Part shown: piece by piece, positions 46,231-56,565 of the stretch | Numbering within the stretch: the first letter of the stretch is position 1 | Layout of the letters: every line of letters starts with the position of its first letter | From: an uncultured bacterium | GTDB taxonomy: Bacteria; Patescibacteriota; Minisyncoccia; Phycocordibacterales; GWA1-40-21 | Reading direction: 5' to 3' | DNA length: 64,000 nucleotides | Assembly: GCA_903822075.1 (NCBI GenBank) | Contig: CAIJNK010000021.1 | Location: 13,112-77,111 of the forward strand | The notes under the pieces: model-generated | The model's input: the letters and a program-made list of their open reading frames with translations, nothing else | Told to the model about the DNA's origin: nothing | Databases searched by the model: none | Position numbers and translations under genes: made by a program

Positions 46231-46641
46231 TCAGATTTCTCCTTTCGGCTCTCTTGGTTTTCGGGAAGCGCAATCAATGTCCGCTCCGCAGTTGGCGCAT
46301 TGCTCGTAGCCGTCTACGACAACGATACCGCCTTCGAACTCCAACTGTCCAAGAGTTTTCCCACACTTTCCTCCACAGTGCCAGGTGTCATCCGCCCGCT
46401 GTTCGGCTGTCCGAAAAACCGGTAATGGCCGCCTGACTAACTCCGTCGCTTTCGCCAGACGTTTGAGCAACTTCCTTAGCTGTTTTCTGTCTGGCAGATT
46501 AGCATTGGGCATAATCTGTAGCTTTTCACTTTTATCACCTCCTTTTAATGTTACAAAGACCTCAGGACCTGCGTTCAGCATACCAAATTTATAATATAAA
46601 AACCACCGCACAGGAACGGTGGTTTGGTTCGCGAGAAACAA
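46231..46641 (-). CDS. Hypothetical protein with C-terminal Cys cluster
   Basis: CGGKC...CANC; start uncertain. Confidence 0.5.
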   Translation of the reverse strand: MFLANQTTVPVRWFLYYKFGMLNAGPEVFVTLKGGDKSEKLQIMPNANLPDRKQLRKLLKRLAKATELVRRPLPVFRTAEQRADDTWHCGGKCGKTLGQLEFEGGIVVVDGYEQCANCGADIDCASRKPREPKGEI

Positions 46642-46647
46642 TACAGA

Positions 46648-46950
46648 TCAAGCCGACTTTTCTTTTCTCTTTCCTTTCTTCTTGGGAAAGTCCCAAGGGC
46701 GAATCTTCCCTTGACCTTCACGGTGCCAGACTTTGAAAGCCGCCGACATTTCCGCCTTGCTCTTAATCAAGCGACTCACAAAAGCATAATCCGTGCAACC
46801 CCACAAACGATGGGACTTGCCGTCTGAGCACCAGACGCCGTCAAGAATTTGCTCTTCGGAAAGAAACTGCTGATTTCTGGCCAAGATCTCATTTGTCCTG
46901 GCATCCAATGGTTCGATGTACCATTTCTGCAACGCATGCTTTCTCTTCAT
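46648..46950 (-). CDS. Hypothetical basic protein
   Basis: SD aaagga before MKRKHALQKW. Confidence 0.6.
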   Translation of the reverse strand: MKRKHALQKWYIEPLDARTNEILARNQQFLSEEQILDGVWCSDGKSHRLWGCTDYAFVSRLIKSKAEMSAAFKVWHREGQGKIRPWDFPKKKGKRKEKSA

Positions 46951-47018
46951 CTTCTCTTCCTTTCCATTTTCTATTTCTACTTGGATACTAACTCTTAGCA
47001 AAGCGGGAGTCAATGAGC

Positions 47019-48080
47019 TTACTCCAGGACCACTTTAGGGATATAACCTTTTCTCTTGAGAATAATCCAACCAATAATTATAAGAATGATTATAATTATT
47101 GTAGGGTGAATTGGCGAATAGATTTTGACCAATTCCCACATACTGACCCAGCTGACGTAAACGGACCCGCTTACTGTTTCTATATTATCGCCGAACAAAG
47201 TGTCCTGCTTGTTGGCATTGGCTAGATTATTATTTTCACCGGCAATAAGATTGTCTAAAGTTTTAGCTTGAACGGAATAGTTGTCATTTTCCAGGGATAA
47301 TTTTTCTCTCTGTGTTTCAGCCTGAGAAGCCAGGAAAGATTCCTCGTTTTTCAAAGTTGCTATTACAGTGGAACTGGTTGCCGTCTCCAGCTTGGCCTGA
47401 ACCGTGACCAGGGCAGACTGAATATTTTGCAATTCGCCATTAATCTGATTAACAGTCTTAGCATGGGCAACAATCAAGCTGGCTTTCTGCTTGTTCAGAT
47501 CAGCCAGGCTCGTAGTGGCCTGATTTTGCCATTGCTCAATCCCCTGCTTTTGTCCCAAAAGGTTTGTGGAGGAAATGGTTTCTGAATATAACTTCTCATG
47601 CGTCAGCTTCTCCATCTGATCCCTGAAAGCGTCAAACTTGCTCTTGGCTACAATAAAAGTAATCCGCCCACTTTCCTCTGAGGAATACAAGCTATCAACC
47701 CGACCATCGGCCCCTTTAATGATATTATTCACATTCGTGATGGTATCCTTTACCGCTCGGGATTTTATACTGGCGGAATAACTTACCTTTTGAAACTCCC
47801 GGGTATCCGTCACTGAAGGCTGCTGGTTACCACCATAATTATAATAATCCGGCATCATCTTATTGACCACACCTGACTCGGCGCTACCAGCACTTGGCGG
47901 CAATAAATTGGAGACATTTCCTGCTCTTGCACCACTCGAATAAAAAACTTGAGTTTGGAGAAAACAAAATATTCCCCACAAAGCCAGAACAACGACAATA
48001 GCTATAATGCTCGTTATAAATTTCCAGCGCTTAATCCTGATAATTTTCCCTGGATTCACGGCTACCTCATTTTCACTCAT
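47019..48080 (-). CDS. DUF4349-like membrane protein with coiled coil
   Basis: N-terminal TM, GADGRVD..GRITFIV...FDAF, long coiled coil, C-terminal TM. Confidence 0.7.
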   Translation of the reverse strand: MSENEVAVNPGKIIRIKRWKFITSIIAIVVVLALWGIFCFLQTQVFYSSGARAGNVSNLLPPSAGSAESGVVNKMMPDYYNYGGNQQPSVTDTREFQKVSYSASIKSRAVKDTITNVNNIIKGADGRVDSLYSSEESGRITFIVAKSKFDAFRDQMEKLTHEKLYSETISSTNLLGQKQGIEQWQNQATTSLADLNKQKASLIVAHAKTVNQINGELQNIQSALVTVQAKLETATSSTVIATLKNEESFLASQAETQREKLSLENDNYSVQAKTLDNLIAGENNNLANANKQDTLFGDNIETVSGSVYVSWVSMWELVKIYSPIHPTIIIIILIIIGWIILKRKGYIPKVVLE

Positions 48081-48166
48081 AAAATTAGATTAATTAGCTG
48101 ATAAATATTGACATATCTTAACACAAAAAAGTTTAAGAAACACCAAACAGCACCGGTCATCAGTTT

Positions 48167-49543
48167 TTACTTATGCCTGATTATCTTCCTCAGCGTCACA
48201 AAGTCTATTTTTGGCAGGCTGTCATCCGTCTTGCAAATCTCCTCGTACTTATCAAAAAGTTCCAGAAAATCCAGACTTACCAAGACTTGTCTGATAGTTT
48301 TAAAACCAAAATTGCGCTGAATGGCTTGGAGTATTTCATAACCGACAACATAAAAGAACCCCATACACTCAAAACCTTCTTGGCCGATCTTTAATAAATC
48401 CTCCATTCCTTGAGTATTCAAGAAACGGTTAAACTTATCAAACGCTTCAGGAACATCATAGTCTAAACCCTTCTCCCGATACCACTCTTCCAGACTATCC
48501 CCGGACACAGCCACCGCAAAACCTTCATCTAAAGTTCCTGCCAATATTTCTGCCTTATTACTATCGTTGACCTCATAAAGAGACTGCGCTGTTTCTCCCG
48601 TCTTTTGATTCCTCAACCAAATATGAAAAACCTCATGGGTAACACCGCCAATCACAACATTAACGGCCAGCGGATCACGGGCCAGACGAGCCAGATCGAC
48701 TTCAATTTTATTTTTATCCAAACACCGAAAGTCGGATCTTCGGTTAAGGGTAAATAAAACTTCAAAATCCTCCGCGATAAAATCAGGCAGGAGGACGGAC
48801 AGCCTTCTCTCGACTTCCCTTTTTATCTCCCCATATTTTCCGGCCAGCTCTTGGGCAATTTCCAAAATATCCTCCTTGCTCTGGCCAAGTTTTTGCTCTT
48901 TCAACAACTTTCCAATTTCCGTCTCATCAATGAACTTAAAAACCATTTTATCCAGATTAACTTCCGCTCTCTCAATATTCAAGTTGCCCTCTTTAAATTC
49001 TCTAAATTTCACCTTGAGGGAATCAAAATCGCCTATTCCAAGATCCCAGGAATCCAAACCTTCACCAAAAACTACCCGGCCATCCGCTTCAATATCTGCT
49101 CCAATTATTCCCCTGGTTGGATCGGTAATAACCCACTGACTTCCGTCATATACTCCGGCGTAAACATGGCCACCAGGACTCACTGAGGAGTCCTCGGATT
49201 CTAACCAACTCCTTTCGATAGTTTCAATATATTTTGTCGGGATTCCACTCGCTCTGGCCAAAGTGATAAAAACTAAGGCGTCATCCGTGCAACCAGTTAC
49301 ATAGTTATCAGAAATTATTTCTTCGGCGGTCCTTCTTCTAAAAACCCTATCTTTAACTTCCCGATTATTACTTTTATTTTCAAGCTTTCTGACCAGGTTA
49401 AAAATCAGCATTATTTTTTCTTCCAATGTACCTTCAAACCTGGAGGTAATTTCTCGGATATTTGGCGTAATCTGAGTTTGCGGCCCAGATTGCAAATACA
49501 AAGGCGCCTGTTCTTTTCCAACTAATTGTTCGGTGGTTCCCAT
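48167..49543 (-). CDS. Transglutaminase-like domain fused to HExxH zinc-peptidase-like domain
   Basis: GCTDDAL..LARASGIP..GHVYA..DPT; THEVFH..DEGFA. Confidence 0.78.
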   Translation of the reverse strand: MGTTEQLVGKEQAPLYLQSGPQTQITPNIREITSRFEGTLEEKIMLIFNLVRKLENKSNNREVKDRVFRRRTAEEIISDNYVTGCTDDALVFITLARASGIPTKYIETIERSWLESEDSSVSPGGHVYAGVYDGSQWVITDPTRGIIGADIEADGRVVFGEGLDSWDLGIGDFDSLKVKFREFKEGNLNIERAEVNLDKMVFKFIDETEIGKLLKEQKLGQSKEDILEIAQELAGKYGEIKREVERRLSVLLPDFIAEDFEVLFTLNRRSDFRCLDKNKIEVDLARLARDPLAVNVVIGGVTHEVFHIWLRNQKTGETAQSLYEVNDSNKAEILAGTLDEGFAVAVSGDSLEEWYREKGLDYDVPEAFDKFNRFLNTQGMEDLLKIGQEGFECMGFFYVVGYEILQAIQRNFGFKTIRQVLVSLDFLELFDKYEEICKTDDSLPKIDFVTLRKIIRHK

Positions 49544-49666
49544 GCGTCAAATGGTATCACAAAATCCACGGAAAAAATATGACGAAATAAAAAGGGCCGT
49601 CTGCGGGATGATAACACCCGCAGCCGGCCTGATTCAAAACTCAACTTCACTAAACCCAAAAGCCAC

Positions 49667-50713
49667 TCACCAATTCAGATCCGGATCCGTCAGATCCAGA
49701 TTAGGATCAAGCAGGCGAACGAATGGCAGTTGCTCCGCCACCGATGTTTGATTGAAGTCGCTCCGATCGAAAATCGTTTTCCCCGACAGGAACAGAATAT
49801 CCTCATCATTCATCAAGGCTAAAAGCAGAGCGGGATTTACGCCAGAGATCTTCTTCTGCACAAACTCATAGACCCTGGCCATGACACCTTCAGCGCCTTC
49901 CGCGTTCACTCGCTCATAGAGTTTATACATCTCGGGCTTAACCTGTTGAAAGATCCGCGCCTCCGGTGAATTTTCGAAACAGACCCGGCCAGCCAAGATT
50001 GATTCCCGACAAATAGCCATAATCAGCCTGTTCACCCTCTCCCGTTGATAACGGCCCAGTTGGTTGATGAGCTCGGTCACGTTCCGTGTTTCATCTTCCG
50101 GCAACAGTCGCCGCTTTACCAAGTCGTTGTAATCGGAAGTAATAAAACCGATTTTATCGGCTATCATGGTCACGCTAGCTTCGGCACTCATCTGCCTAAC
50201 ACTGTTCATTTCACCATTACCACGCGAATGATAAAGAATACCCGAAAGTGTTTGGTGGGTAGCGTTCACCCCTTTGCCCAAGCGCTCAATCCTCTGTAAA
50301 CGAATGACACCAAACACTTCGTGCCGAAACTCTTTGCCCAGACAAGAGCTCAGAAATTTTTCCCCCACGTGCCCAAACGGTACATGACCACCATCATGCC
50401 CCATAGACATGGCCCTGACCAGGTCGACATTCAAACCCAGAATGTCCGCAATCATGGTGGCAATACTAACCACTTCCATCGTGTGACTGGCCCGGTTCCG
50501 GATCAAGCCATTCTGTGGTGAAGACACCACTTGAGTCTTGAACTGCAACTGGCGGGAGGCCTTTGACGGACCGATCTTGGTGTCCGCATCTTGCCGATAC
50601 GGCTGGTGATCACTGATCACCAGATCCTCATCCTCGACGTATCGCCGCCGCGCCTCACCGTCATCGGTTCTCAGGTGGGATAAGTTCCCCAGTTCTTCCA
50701 GCTCTATTCTCAT
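49667..50713 (-). CDS. dgt: dNTP triphosphohydrolase (dGTPase family, HD)
   Basis: RQLQFKTQV, RNRASHTMEV, GHDGGHVPFGHVGE, ADKI..SD. Confidence 0.87.
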   Translation of the reverse strand: MRIELEELGNLSHLRTDDGEARRRYVEDEDLVISDHQPYRQDADTKIGPSKASRQLQFKTQVVSSPQNGLIRNRASHTMEVVSIATMIADILGLNVDLVRAMSMGHDGGHVPFGHVGEKFLSSCLGKEFRHEVFGVIRLQRIERLGKGVNATHQTLSGILYHSRGNGEMNSVRQMSAEASVTMIADKIGFITSDYNDLVKRRLLPEDETRNVTELINQLGRYQRERVNRLIMAICRESILAGRVCFENSPEARIFQQVKPEMYKLYERVNAEGAEGVMARVYEFVQKKISGVNPALLLALMNDEDILFLSGKTIFDRSDFNQTSVAEQLPFVRLLDPNLDLTDPDLNW

Positions 50714-50792
50714 TCTGCTTTCCCTTTCTTTTGATTTTACAAGTTTCTTATATCTCAATCCATCCTAGCACAAACCGGTCCAAAAACCAGCC

Positions 50793-52019
50793 CTATAAAA
50801 ATAATAAATTCCGGTCCAAATCATCAGTTTGCGTACCTTTTTCCTTATGTTTCAAAGCCTGATGGGTGGAGGCCAGATAGACCAACCGTTTACCAAATTT
50901 TTCTTCCAGCGAATCTATTTGTTTATGGACCAATTCAAACTTGTCCGCCTTGGCTTTCCCGCCAAACAAATCACCCTGAACCGCGTAGTTAGAAATGAGC
51001 TCCTGCAAAGTCACGCCGGTAGTTCGGTAAAGAATCCCACGCCGGTGCATCTCAGGAAATTTATTTTCCGCCAAAGCGGTGATGATTTCGGGAGCGTTGG
51101 TGGGCGAAGAAAGCTTTACGGCGCAAATGTAATATTTGAAATCCTGCGCTTTAAGAAAAAAGGAGACTTTTTTGGGTACCAAATCATAATGTCGAGCTTT
51201 AGCACAAGCCTCCTCGATATTTTTTGATAACTGAGACAGGAGAAAAGTCGGGTTATTTGTTAGCGGATGAAAAGTGCGCGTTTTCTGAATAGAAGAGTAG
51301 ACGGTTTTTGGCACCGGATCTATCTTGAATAAATATTCGCCCCGAAGCTCCCGCCAAAGCTCTTCGTAAGGCTTGGCTAAATTATTTTTGACCCAGGCCA
51401 GATCCTTATTTATAAAATCCCCGGCCAGCCGGATATTTCTTCTTTGCAAAAATTCCGCTGTTTTGGGACCAATACCCCAAACTTTTTCCACGGGGATTTT
51501 CCGTAAAAAATCCAGGGCTGTTTCTTTTTTAATTACGGTCAGACCGTTAGGTTTCACCCATTTTGAAGCCACTTTGGCTAAAACTTTGGTTGGCGCCAAA
51601 CCGATCGAAATGGAAAGATGAAGTTCTTCATTTATTTCTTTTTTGATCCTTTCCGCTATCTGTAAATATGAGAGTTTGAGCGGCCGGTCCAAGCCGGTAA
51701 GATCGGCAAAACATTCATCGATACTATACTCCTCCACTTCGTCCGCGTATCGGCGCACGATGTCAAACATCAAGGCGGAATAACGGGAGTAGGCAGCATA
51801 ATCACCAGGTAAGATTATCACTTGTGGAAAATCTTTTTGCACTCGAAAAATGGGCATGCCACGGACAATACCAATAGCTTTGGCTTCATAGGACAAGGCA
51901 GAAACTATTCCCCGTTCCTCGCCAGTCACCACGGGCCGGCCTTTGAGCTTGGGATTTTTAGCCGTTTCCACGCCCACAAAAAAAGCATCACCGTCCATGT
52001 GTAAAATAACTTTTTCCAT
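50793..52019 (-). CDS. dinB: Y-family DNA polymerase IV
   Basis: HMDGDAFF, SYEAK, YSIDE, KVLAKVAS..KPNG, VWGIG. Confidence 0.93.
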   Translation of the reverse strand: MEKVILHMDGDAFFVGVETAKNPKLKGRPVVTGEERGIVSALSYEAKAIGIVRGMPIFRVQKDFPQVIILPGDYAAYSRYSALMFDIVRRYADEVEEYSIDECFADLTGLDRPLKLSYLQIAERIKKEINEELHLSISIGLAPTKVLAKVASKWVKPNGLTVIKKETALDFLRKIPVEKVWGIGPKTAEFLQRRNIRLAGDFINKDLAWVKNNLAKPYEELWRELRGEYLFKIDPVPKTVYSSIQKTRTFHPLTNNPTFLLSQLSKNIEEACAKARHYDLVPKKVSFFLKAQDFKYYICAVKLSSPTNAPEIITALAENKFPEMHRRGILYRTTGVTLQELISNYAVQGDLFGGKAKADKFELVHKQIDSLEEKFGKRLVYLASTHQALKHKEKGTQTDDLDRNLLFL

Positions 52020-52105
52020 GGAACCAGTATAACACAGAGTGAACGAACGTTCACCAACCCGTTATCTCAGATAGTGCTTGATCCAAATTCTTTTAAACTA
52101 GAAAA

Positions 52106-52924
52106 TTATAAGGTGGTTTGCGCACTTATTTCATTTGTCGTGGCATCATAATTAATCCTGACACTTTTCCCTACCGACGGGGGTGTGGTCATGGGCTCTC
52201 CTACTTTTTGTTCGGCAAAATTATAAACGGCCTGCCCGTCAAGAATCTCGAGTGTCTGCGGCGCGATCCGATCACCCAAAAACACAGTGTTGGTAGCCTT
52301 ATAACCGGTACCGGTATTTATCAACAATTCCGCGTAATAAAAAGTTCCGCTGCCACCGGGACTTTCTGTCAGCCAAACGGCTTTGTCCAAAAGACCATCG
52401 CTGTTCAAATCCCCCGCTACCGGCTCGCCAAACGTTTTGTAATCGGCAAACTGAACTGATTGAGCCATGCTATCAGCCAGATTATCAACATTAAACGTGG
52501 TGCGCTCGTTCTTACATTCGGTTTTCTGCGGATCATCATAATTATCACACTGAACCGCTCGGAGGGTAAAATTCAAAGTAATGACTTTATCATTTTTTAA
52601 AAAAGCATAAGCATAGGTTGTATAGATACTGCCCGCTGCCCCCTCAGAACTGACCGTCACACAATAGGCCTGTGAATTAATTATTCTTTTCGCGCAGTTA
52701 AGTGGACCGTCAGTCACAACCACCTGGGGTGGCCAAGTCACAGCGTGGATATATTTAGTGGCAAGTACGAGTGGGTAAACAAAAGTGACATTGGTCTCCG
52801 AGATTGGGTTGGGATTTGGTGTAACCAAGCTTGACACCTTATTCTGACTGTAGATAAAATAACCCGCTGCGCTTATTATGATAAGTAAAATCAAAGAGAA
52901 AATTATCTTATGTATTTTTGTCAT
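52106..52924 (-). CDS. Hypothetical exported/membrane-anchored protein
   Basis: N-terminal TM; EGAAGS, GDLNSDG, PGGSGTFYY, LGDRI. Confidence 0.75.
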   Translation of the reverse strand: MTKIHKIIFSLILLIIISAAGYFIYSQNKVSSLVTPNPNPISETNVTFVYPLVLATKYIHAVTWPPQVVVTDGPLNCAKRIINSQAYCVTVSSEGAAGSIYTTYAYAFLKNDKVITLNFTLRAVQCDNYDDPQKTECKNERTTFNVDNLADSMAQSVQFADYKTFGEPVAGDLNSDGLLDKAVWLTESPGGSGTFYYAELLINTGTGYKATNTVFLGDRIAPQTLEILDGQAVYNFAEQKVGEPMTTPPSVGKSVRINYDATTNEISAQTTL

Positions 52925-53078
52925 GAGTATAGTATAACATTTAAATATTAATTCCGTCTTACAAAATAATTTGACAATTACCGATTATGAGAATAACCTT
53001 AAAAACAGAAGCTAAATAGCTAAAAAGAGCTGTTGGCAAAAACGGCCGGAAACGGCAAAACAAAAAGGAGAAGACGCG

Positions 53079-53858
53079 ATGAAGAGATACGGAAATGGCT
53101 CGGCAGTGGCAATGGCAATGCAGAATTTTATCGAGTTGAGCCGAAACCCCTACCCGGGCCGCGGAATTATCACGGGCGTAAGCAGCGATTCCGCTTACCT
53201 GGTCCAGGTCTACTGGATCGAGGGTCGAAGTGATAACAGCCGCAACCGCGTCTTCAGCATTGAAGGCGGCCGGGTGTTTACGGAAGCGGCCGATCCGGCA
53301 AAAGTGAAGGATGGCAGTCTGATCTTTTACAACGCCATGGACGAATACGACGGTAACTACGTGGTGAGTAACGGCGATCAGACCGACGACGTCATGAAGA
53401 TGCTGCGGCGATCAGCGGGTATCCGTTTGCACGATGCCCTGCTCGGACGATTTCATGAGCCGGACAAACCGAACTTTACGCCGCGGATCACCGGTCTGAG
53501 TCGGATCAACCCCGGTAAAGACATGAACGAGCTTTCCATTCTCCGGAAATCCGACCTGGCTGACTGCGAGCGAGCCTACATTGTCTATAACAGGACCACG
53601 GCGGGTTTCGGCTTCTGCGTTACGACTTACGATGGAGATGATGACCCTCTGCCGTCGTTTGAAGGTGGACCGTACCCACTGCCAATTTTAGGTAGTGTGA
53701 ACGACGTGGCTGAAACCTACTGGTCCATCCTCGACAAGATGAACCGAGTTGCCATCGCGGTGAAGTTTATCAGCATCTCCACCGGCGAGTCGAAGATTCG
53801 GGTAATCAATCAGAACACCAAGAAAGTCCCGCCGAATCCGCCGACCGCCCAAGTGTAA
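53079..53858 (+). CDS. IMP cyclohydrolase-like protein (PurO-type Ntn fold)
   Basis: YPGRGI, GRS..SRNR, LIFYN, VSNGDQTD, EPD.PNFTPRI. Confidence 0.85.
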   Translation: MKRYGNGSAVAMAMQNFIELSRNPYPGRGIITGVSSDSAYLVQVYWIEGRSDNSRNRVFSIEGGRVFTEAADPAKVKDGSLIFYNAMDEYDGNYVVSNGDQTDDVMKMLRRSAGIRLHDALLGRFHEPDKPNFTPRITGLSRINPGKDMNELSILRKSDLADCERAYIVYNRTTAGFGFCVTTYDGDDDPLPSFEGGPYPLPILGSVNDVAETYWSILDKMNRVAIAVKFISISTGESKIRVINQNTKKVPPNPPTAQV

Positions 53859-53877
53859 GTACGGGCAAGCGCCAAGC

Positions 53878-53914
53878 TGCCGCCAGTTTACGAGTGACTG
53901 GCGGCTTTTTTTAT
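53878..53914 (+). terminator. Intrinsic terminator
   Basis: gccgccagt/actggcggc followed by a T-tract. Confidence 0.85.
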
Positions 53915-53944
53915 TCAAGGTTTTATGCTAGATTTATATTTCAC

Positions 53945-54031
53945 GGAGACGTGTCAGAGTGGTCTAATGTGCCTCTTTGCTAAAGAGGTGGGGTTTAATC
54001 GCCCCCGCTGGTTCGAATCCAGCCGTCTCCG
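53945..54031 (+). tRNA. tRNA-Ser(GCT)
   Basis: Acceptor ggagacg/cgtctcc, anticodon arm cctct-ttGCTaa-agagg, long variable arm. Confidence 0.95.
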
Positions 54032-54078
54032 CAGTTTTAAACCTATCCATGTTTTATTTAATATGTTAAAATTCTCTC

Positions 54079-55626
54079 GTGAGAAAGATTATTTTAATTT
54101 CGACATCATCTTTATTATTACTCCTAGGTGTTATATTTTTATGTTTTCATCTTTATGGAAACAATTCGTTTCCATTTAGTAATATTTTTAAAGCCGAACT
54201 GACTCCCCTAGCTCTAAACCAGCAAGATATTTCCAACTTAACAAAACCAGCAGTGGTAAGTATTTATAACCAAACTGTGGGAGACGTGACAATTCCATAC
54301 TTTGAATTCGATTGGGATAAACTGGATATAGTTTTTCCTCAAGATAAAAAGCCGACAGTAAAATCCATCAATGATTACGTGCGCGGTAGCGGCTTCATTA
54401 TCAGCGAAGACGGTTATATTTTGACAAACTCCCACGTCGTATCAGATCTAGCTTACCCCAGGACAATTGCCTATCAGCTGTTGGAGACGGCTTTCAAAAA
54501 AGCTTTTGACTCACCGGCAGTACTAAAACAGCTGGAAGTAAAATTAAAAGATATGAACGTAAAAAGCACTGACGCCGAACAATTCGGCGTTGATCTAGCG
54601 CTTAGGCTGGGAGAAAAGCTAATGTCAAAAATAACCGTTAATGTTTCGCAAAAAATAATTGTCCTTGATAATTCCTCCCCGAGCGACAAGCTCTCCGATG
54701 CTCTAGATCAGGGATACCCAGCAGAAATCACCTATGTAAATAATAATTATTTTAGCGACGAAAAAGATGTGGCCATAATCAAAATTCCCGCAACTAACCT
54801 GCCGACACTCAATATAAATGCAGATGGGGAGATAAACAACGGCCAAGAAATTTATATTTATGGCTATCCCTCATCTGGGCAATTTAACAAAGATGACATT
54901 AGCGAACCGACTTTTACTCCCGGAAGCGTCAGTGGACTCAAAGATAGCCGGGCAAAAAGTTTCAAAGTGATCCAAACCGATGCCAAAGTCTCCCCGGGTT
55001 CGAGCGGTGGCCCATTACTGAATACCAACGGTGCGGTAATAGGATTACTGACTTACGCTTCCAGTGCCGGCACATCTGGTGACGCCTTCGGTTTCGCCAT
55101 TCCAATATCAATTGCCAATGACATATTGAAAGAAAAAAATATCACCCTCAAGGATAGCGCATGGACAGAGCACTTTAAAAGCGGCCTGACTTACCTGCAA
55201 AATAATCGCTGTGAAAAAGCCATCAATGATTTTAAGATTAGCCGGGGGGTAGAAATTGATCCTTCAACCCAAGGAAACATTGATTCGTATATCAAAACCT
55301 GTACTGAGATAATTTCGTCAGGCAAATCGATAGATACGCCTTTCGACGAGATTAAAGTAAAACTAAACAAAATTGGCGGTTTATACCTATTGCTAGGAGG
55401 GTTAATTATCACGATCCTAGGCCTAGCCGTTTATATTATCCGGAAATTATTAAAAAAGATTGCCAGCTATGAACAGGTTGGGGGTCCAAGCCACCCGGTA
55501 AACCCCGACTTGTTAAACTATATCCAAACCGCCCGAAATTCTGGCTTATCCGATGAGCAAATAAACCTAAACTTAAAAGCAACTGGTTGGAGCCAGGAAG
55601 AAATAACATTAGGATTAAAAAGATAA
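54079..55626 (+). CDS. Membrane-anchored trypsin-like (S1C) serine protease without PDZ
   Basis: GSGFII, TNSHV, DVAIIK, PGSSGGP; second TM near the C-terminus. Confidence 0.9.
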   Translation: MRKIILISTSSLLLLLGVIFLCFHLYGNNSFPFSNIFKAELTPLALNQQDISNLTKPAVVSIYNQTVGDVTIPYFEFDWDKLDIVFPQDKKPTVKSINDYVRGSGFIISEDGYILTNSHVVSDLAYPRTIAYQLLETAFKKAFDSPAVLKQLEVKLKDMNVKSTDAEQFGVDLALRLGEKLMSKITVNVSQKIIVLDNSSPSDKLSDALDQGYPAEITYVNNNYFSDEKDVAIIKIPATNLPTLNINADGEINNGQEIYIYGYPSSGQFNKDDISEPTFTPGSVSGLKDSRAKSFKVIQTDAKVSPGSSGGPLLNTNGAVIGLLTYASSAGTSGDAFGFAIPISIANDILKEKNITLKDSAWTEHFKSGLTYLQNNRCEKAINDFKISRGVEIDPSTQGNIDSYIKTCTEIISSGKSIDTPFDEIKVKLNKIGGLYLLLGGLIITILGLAVYIIRKLLKKIASYEQVGGPSHPVNPDLLNYIQTARNSGLSDEQINLNLKATGWSQEEITLGLKR

Positions 55627-55628
55627 AC

Positions 55629-56120
55629 CTACTCGTGTAGGCGTTCGGAGTTTTCTTTCTCCACTTTTTCATCACTATAAGAAATCTTCTTGAAACCTTT
55701 TTCCACATACCAAAGAATGGTGAAAATCAAAAGGGTCAGCAAAGCGGAAATGATGGCCAAATAATACAAGCCAAAACCAGCGGCCATACCAATACCGGCC
55801 GCTACCCACAAACCGGCCGCGGAGGTCAGGCCGGAAGTTCTCATGTCCGTATTGTTATGAAAAACCAACCCGGCACCGATAAAACCAATACCGGAGATAA
55901 TAGCCGGACCTAATACTATCGGGTTGAAGGCGACTGTACCGATTAATCTTTCACTAACCAATAACGAGACCAGGGCAAATAGGCTTGAGCCCATAGAAAC
56001 CAGAGCATAAGTTCGCATCCCCGCCGTCTTTCCCGCCAAAGTCCTCTCCACCCCCACCAACCCGCCGAGCAAAAGCGCGATTACCAACCTCATTAAAATA
56101 TCAATTGTTGTAAGTTCCAT
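55629..56120 (-). CDS. MgtC/SapB family protein
   Basis: GVER..AGMRT, SGIGFIGAG, GLTSAAGLW. Confidence 0.93.
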   Translation of the reverse strand: MELTTIDILMRLVIALLLGGLVGVERTLAGKTAGMRTYALVSMGSSLFALVSLLVSERLIGTVAFNPIVLGPAIISGIGFIGAGLVFHNNTDMRTSGLTSAAGLWVAAGIGMAAGFGLYYLAIISALLTLLIFTILWYVEKGFKKISYSDEKVEKENSERLHE

Positions 56121-56157
56121 TTGTTTTTAAATTAATTAATAAAGTCTCCTTAAAATT

Positions 56158-56508
56158 TTAAACCCTTAAACTATTCATACATTTTTCAGCCAAAGCAGAA
56201 TAAAAAGCTGGTCTAGACCTCCAATCATTCTCGGAAGAATTAATTATCATATCTATAATATCAGAATCACTGTACCGGCTCACTAAATCATTCCTCATAG
56301 CTAATGTAGCATTCGATATTGGCCCGTTCAATCCATCAATATATGCTTTGATTTCAAATGCTGTAACCATTGCATCGAGTTTCAGTTTTGTTGGTTTTTC
56401 TATAGCTTTCTTCCCAAAATCGACTTGAATAGCTTGCGCTGCTTCTAGGTGTTCAGATGTCTTACCTTTAGGAATCCTATCTTTAGGAAATTGTAAAAAT
56501 TCATTCAT
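56158..56508 (-). CDS. Hypothetical protein
   Basis: 116-aa ORF filling the gap, with TGATATAAT upstream. Confidence 0.6.
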   Translation of the reverse strand: MNEFLQFPKDRIPKGKTSEHLEAAQAIQVDFGKKAIEKPTKLKLDAMVTAFEIKAYIDGLNGPISNATLAMRNDLVSRYSDSDIIDMIINSSENDWRSRPAFYSALAEKCMNSLRV

Positions 56509-56565
56509 GCTTTTGTTTAATTATTAATAATTTCAATTATATCATATATTTGCTAAGATACGGTA

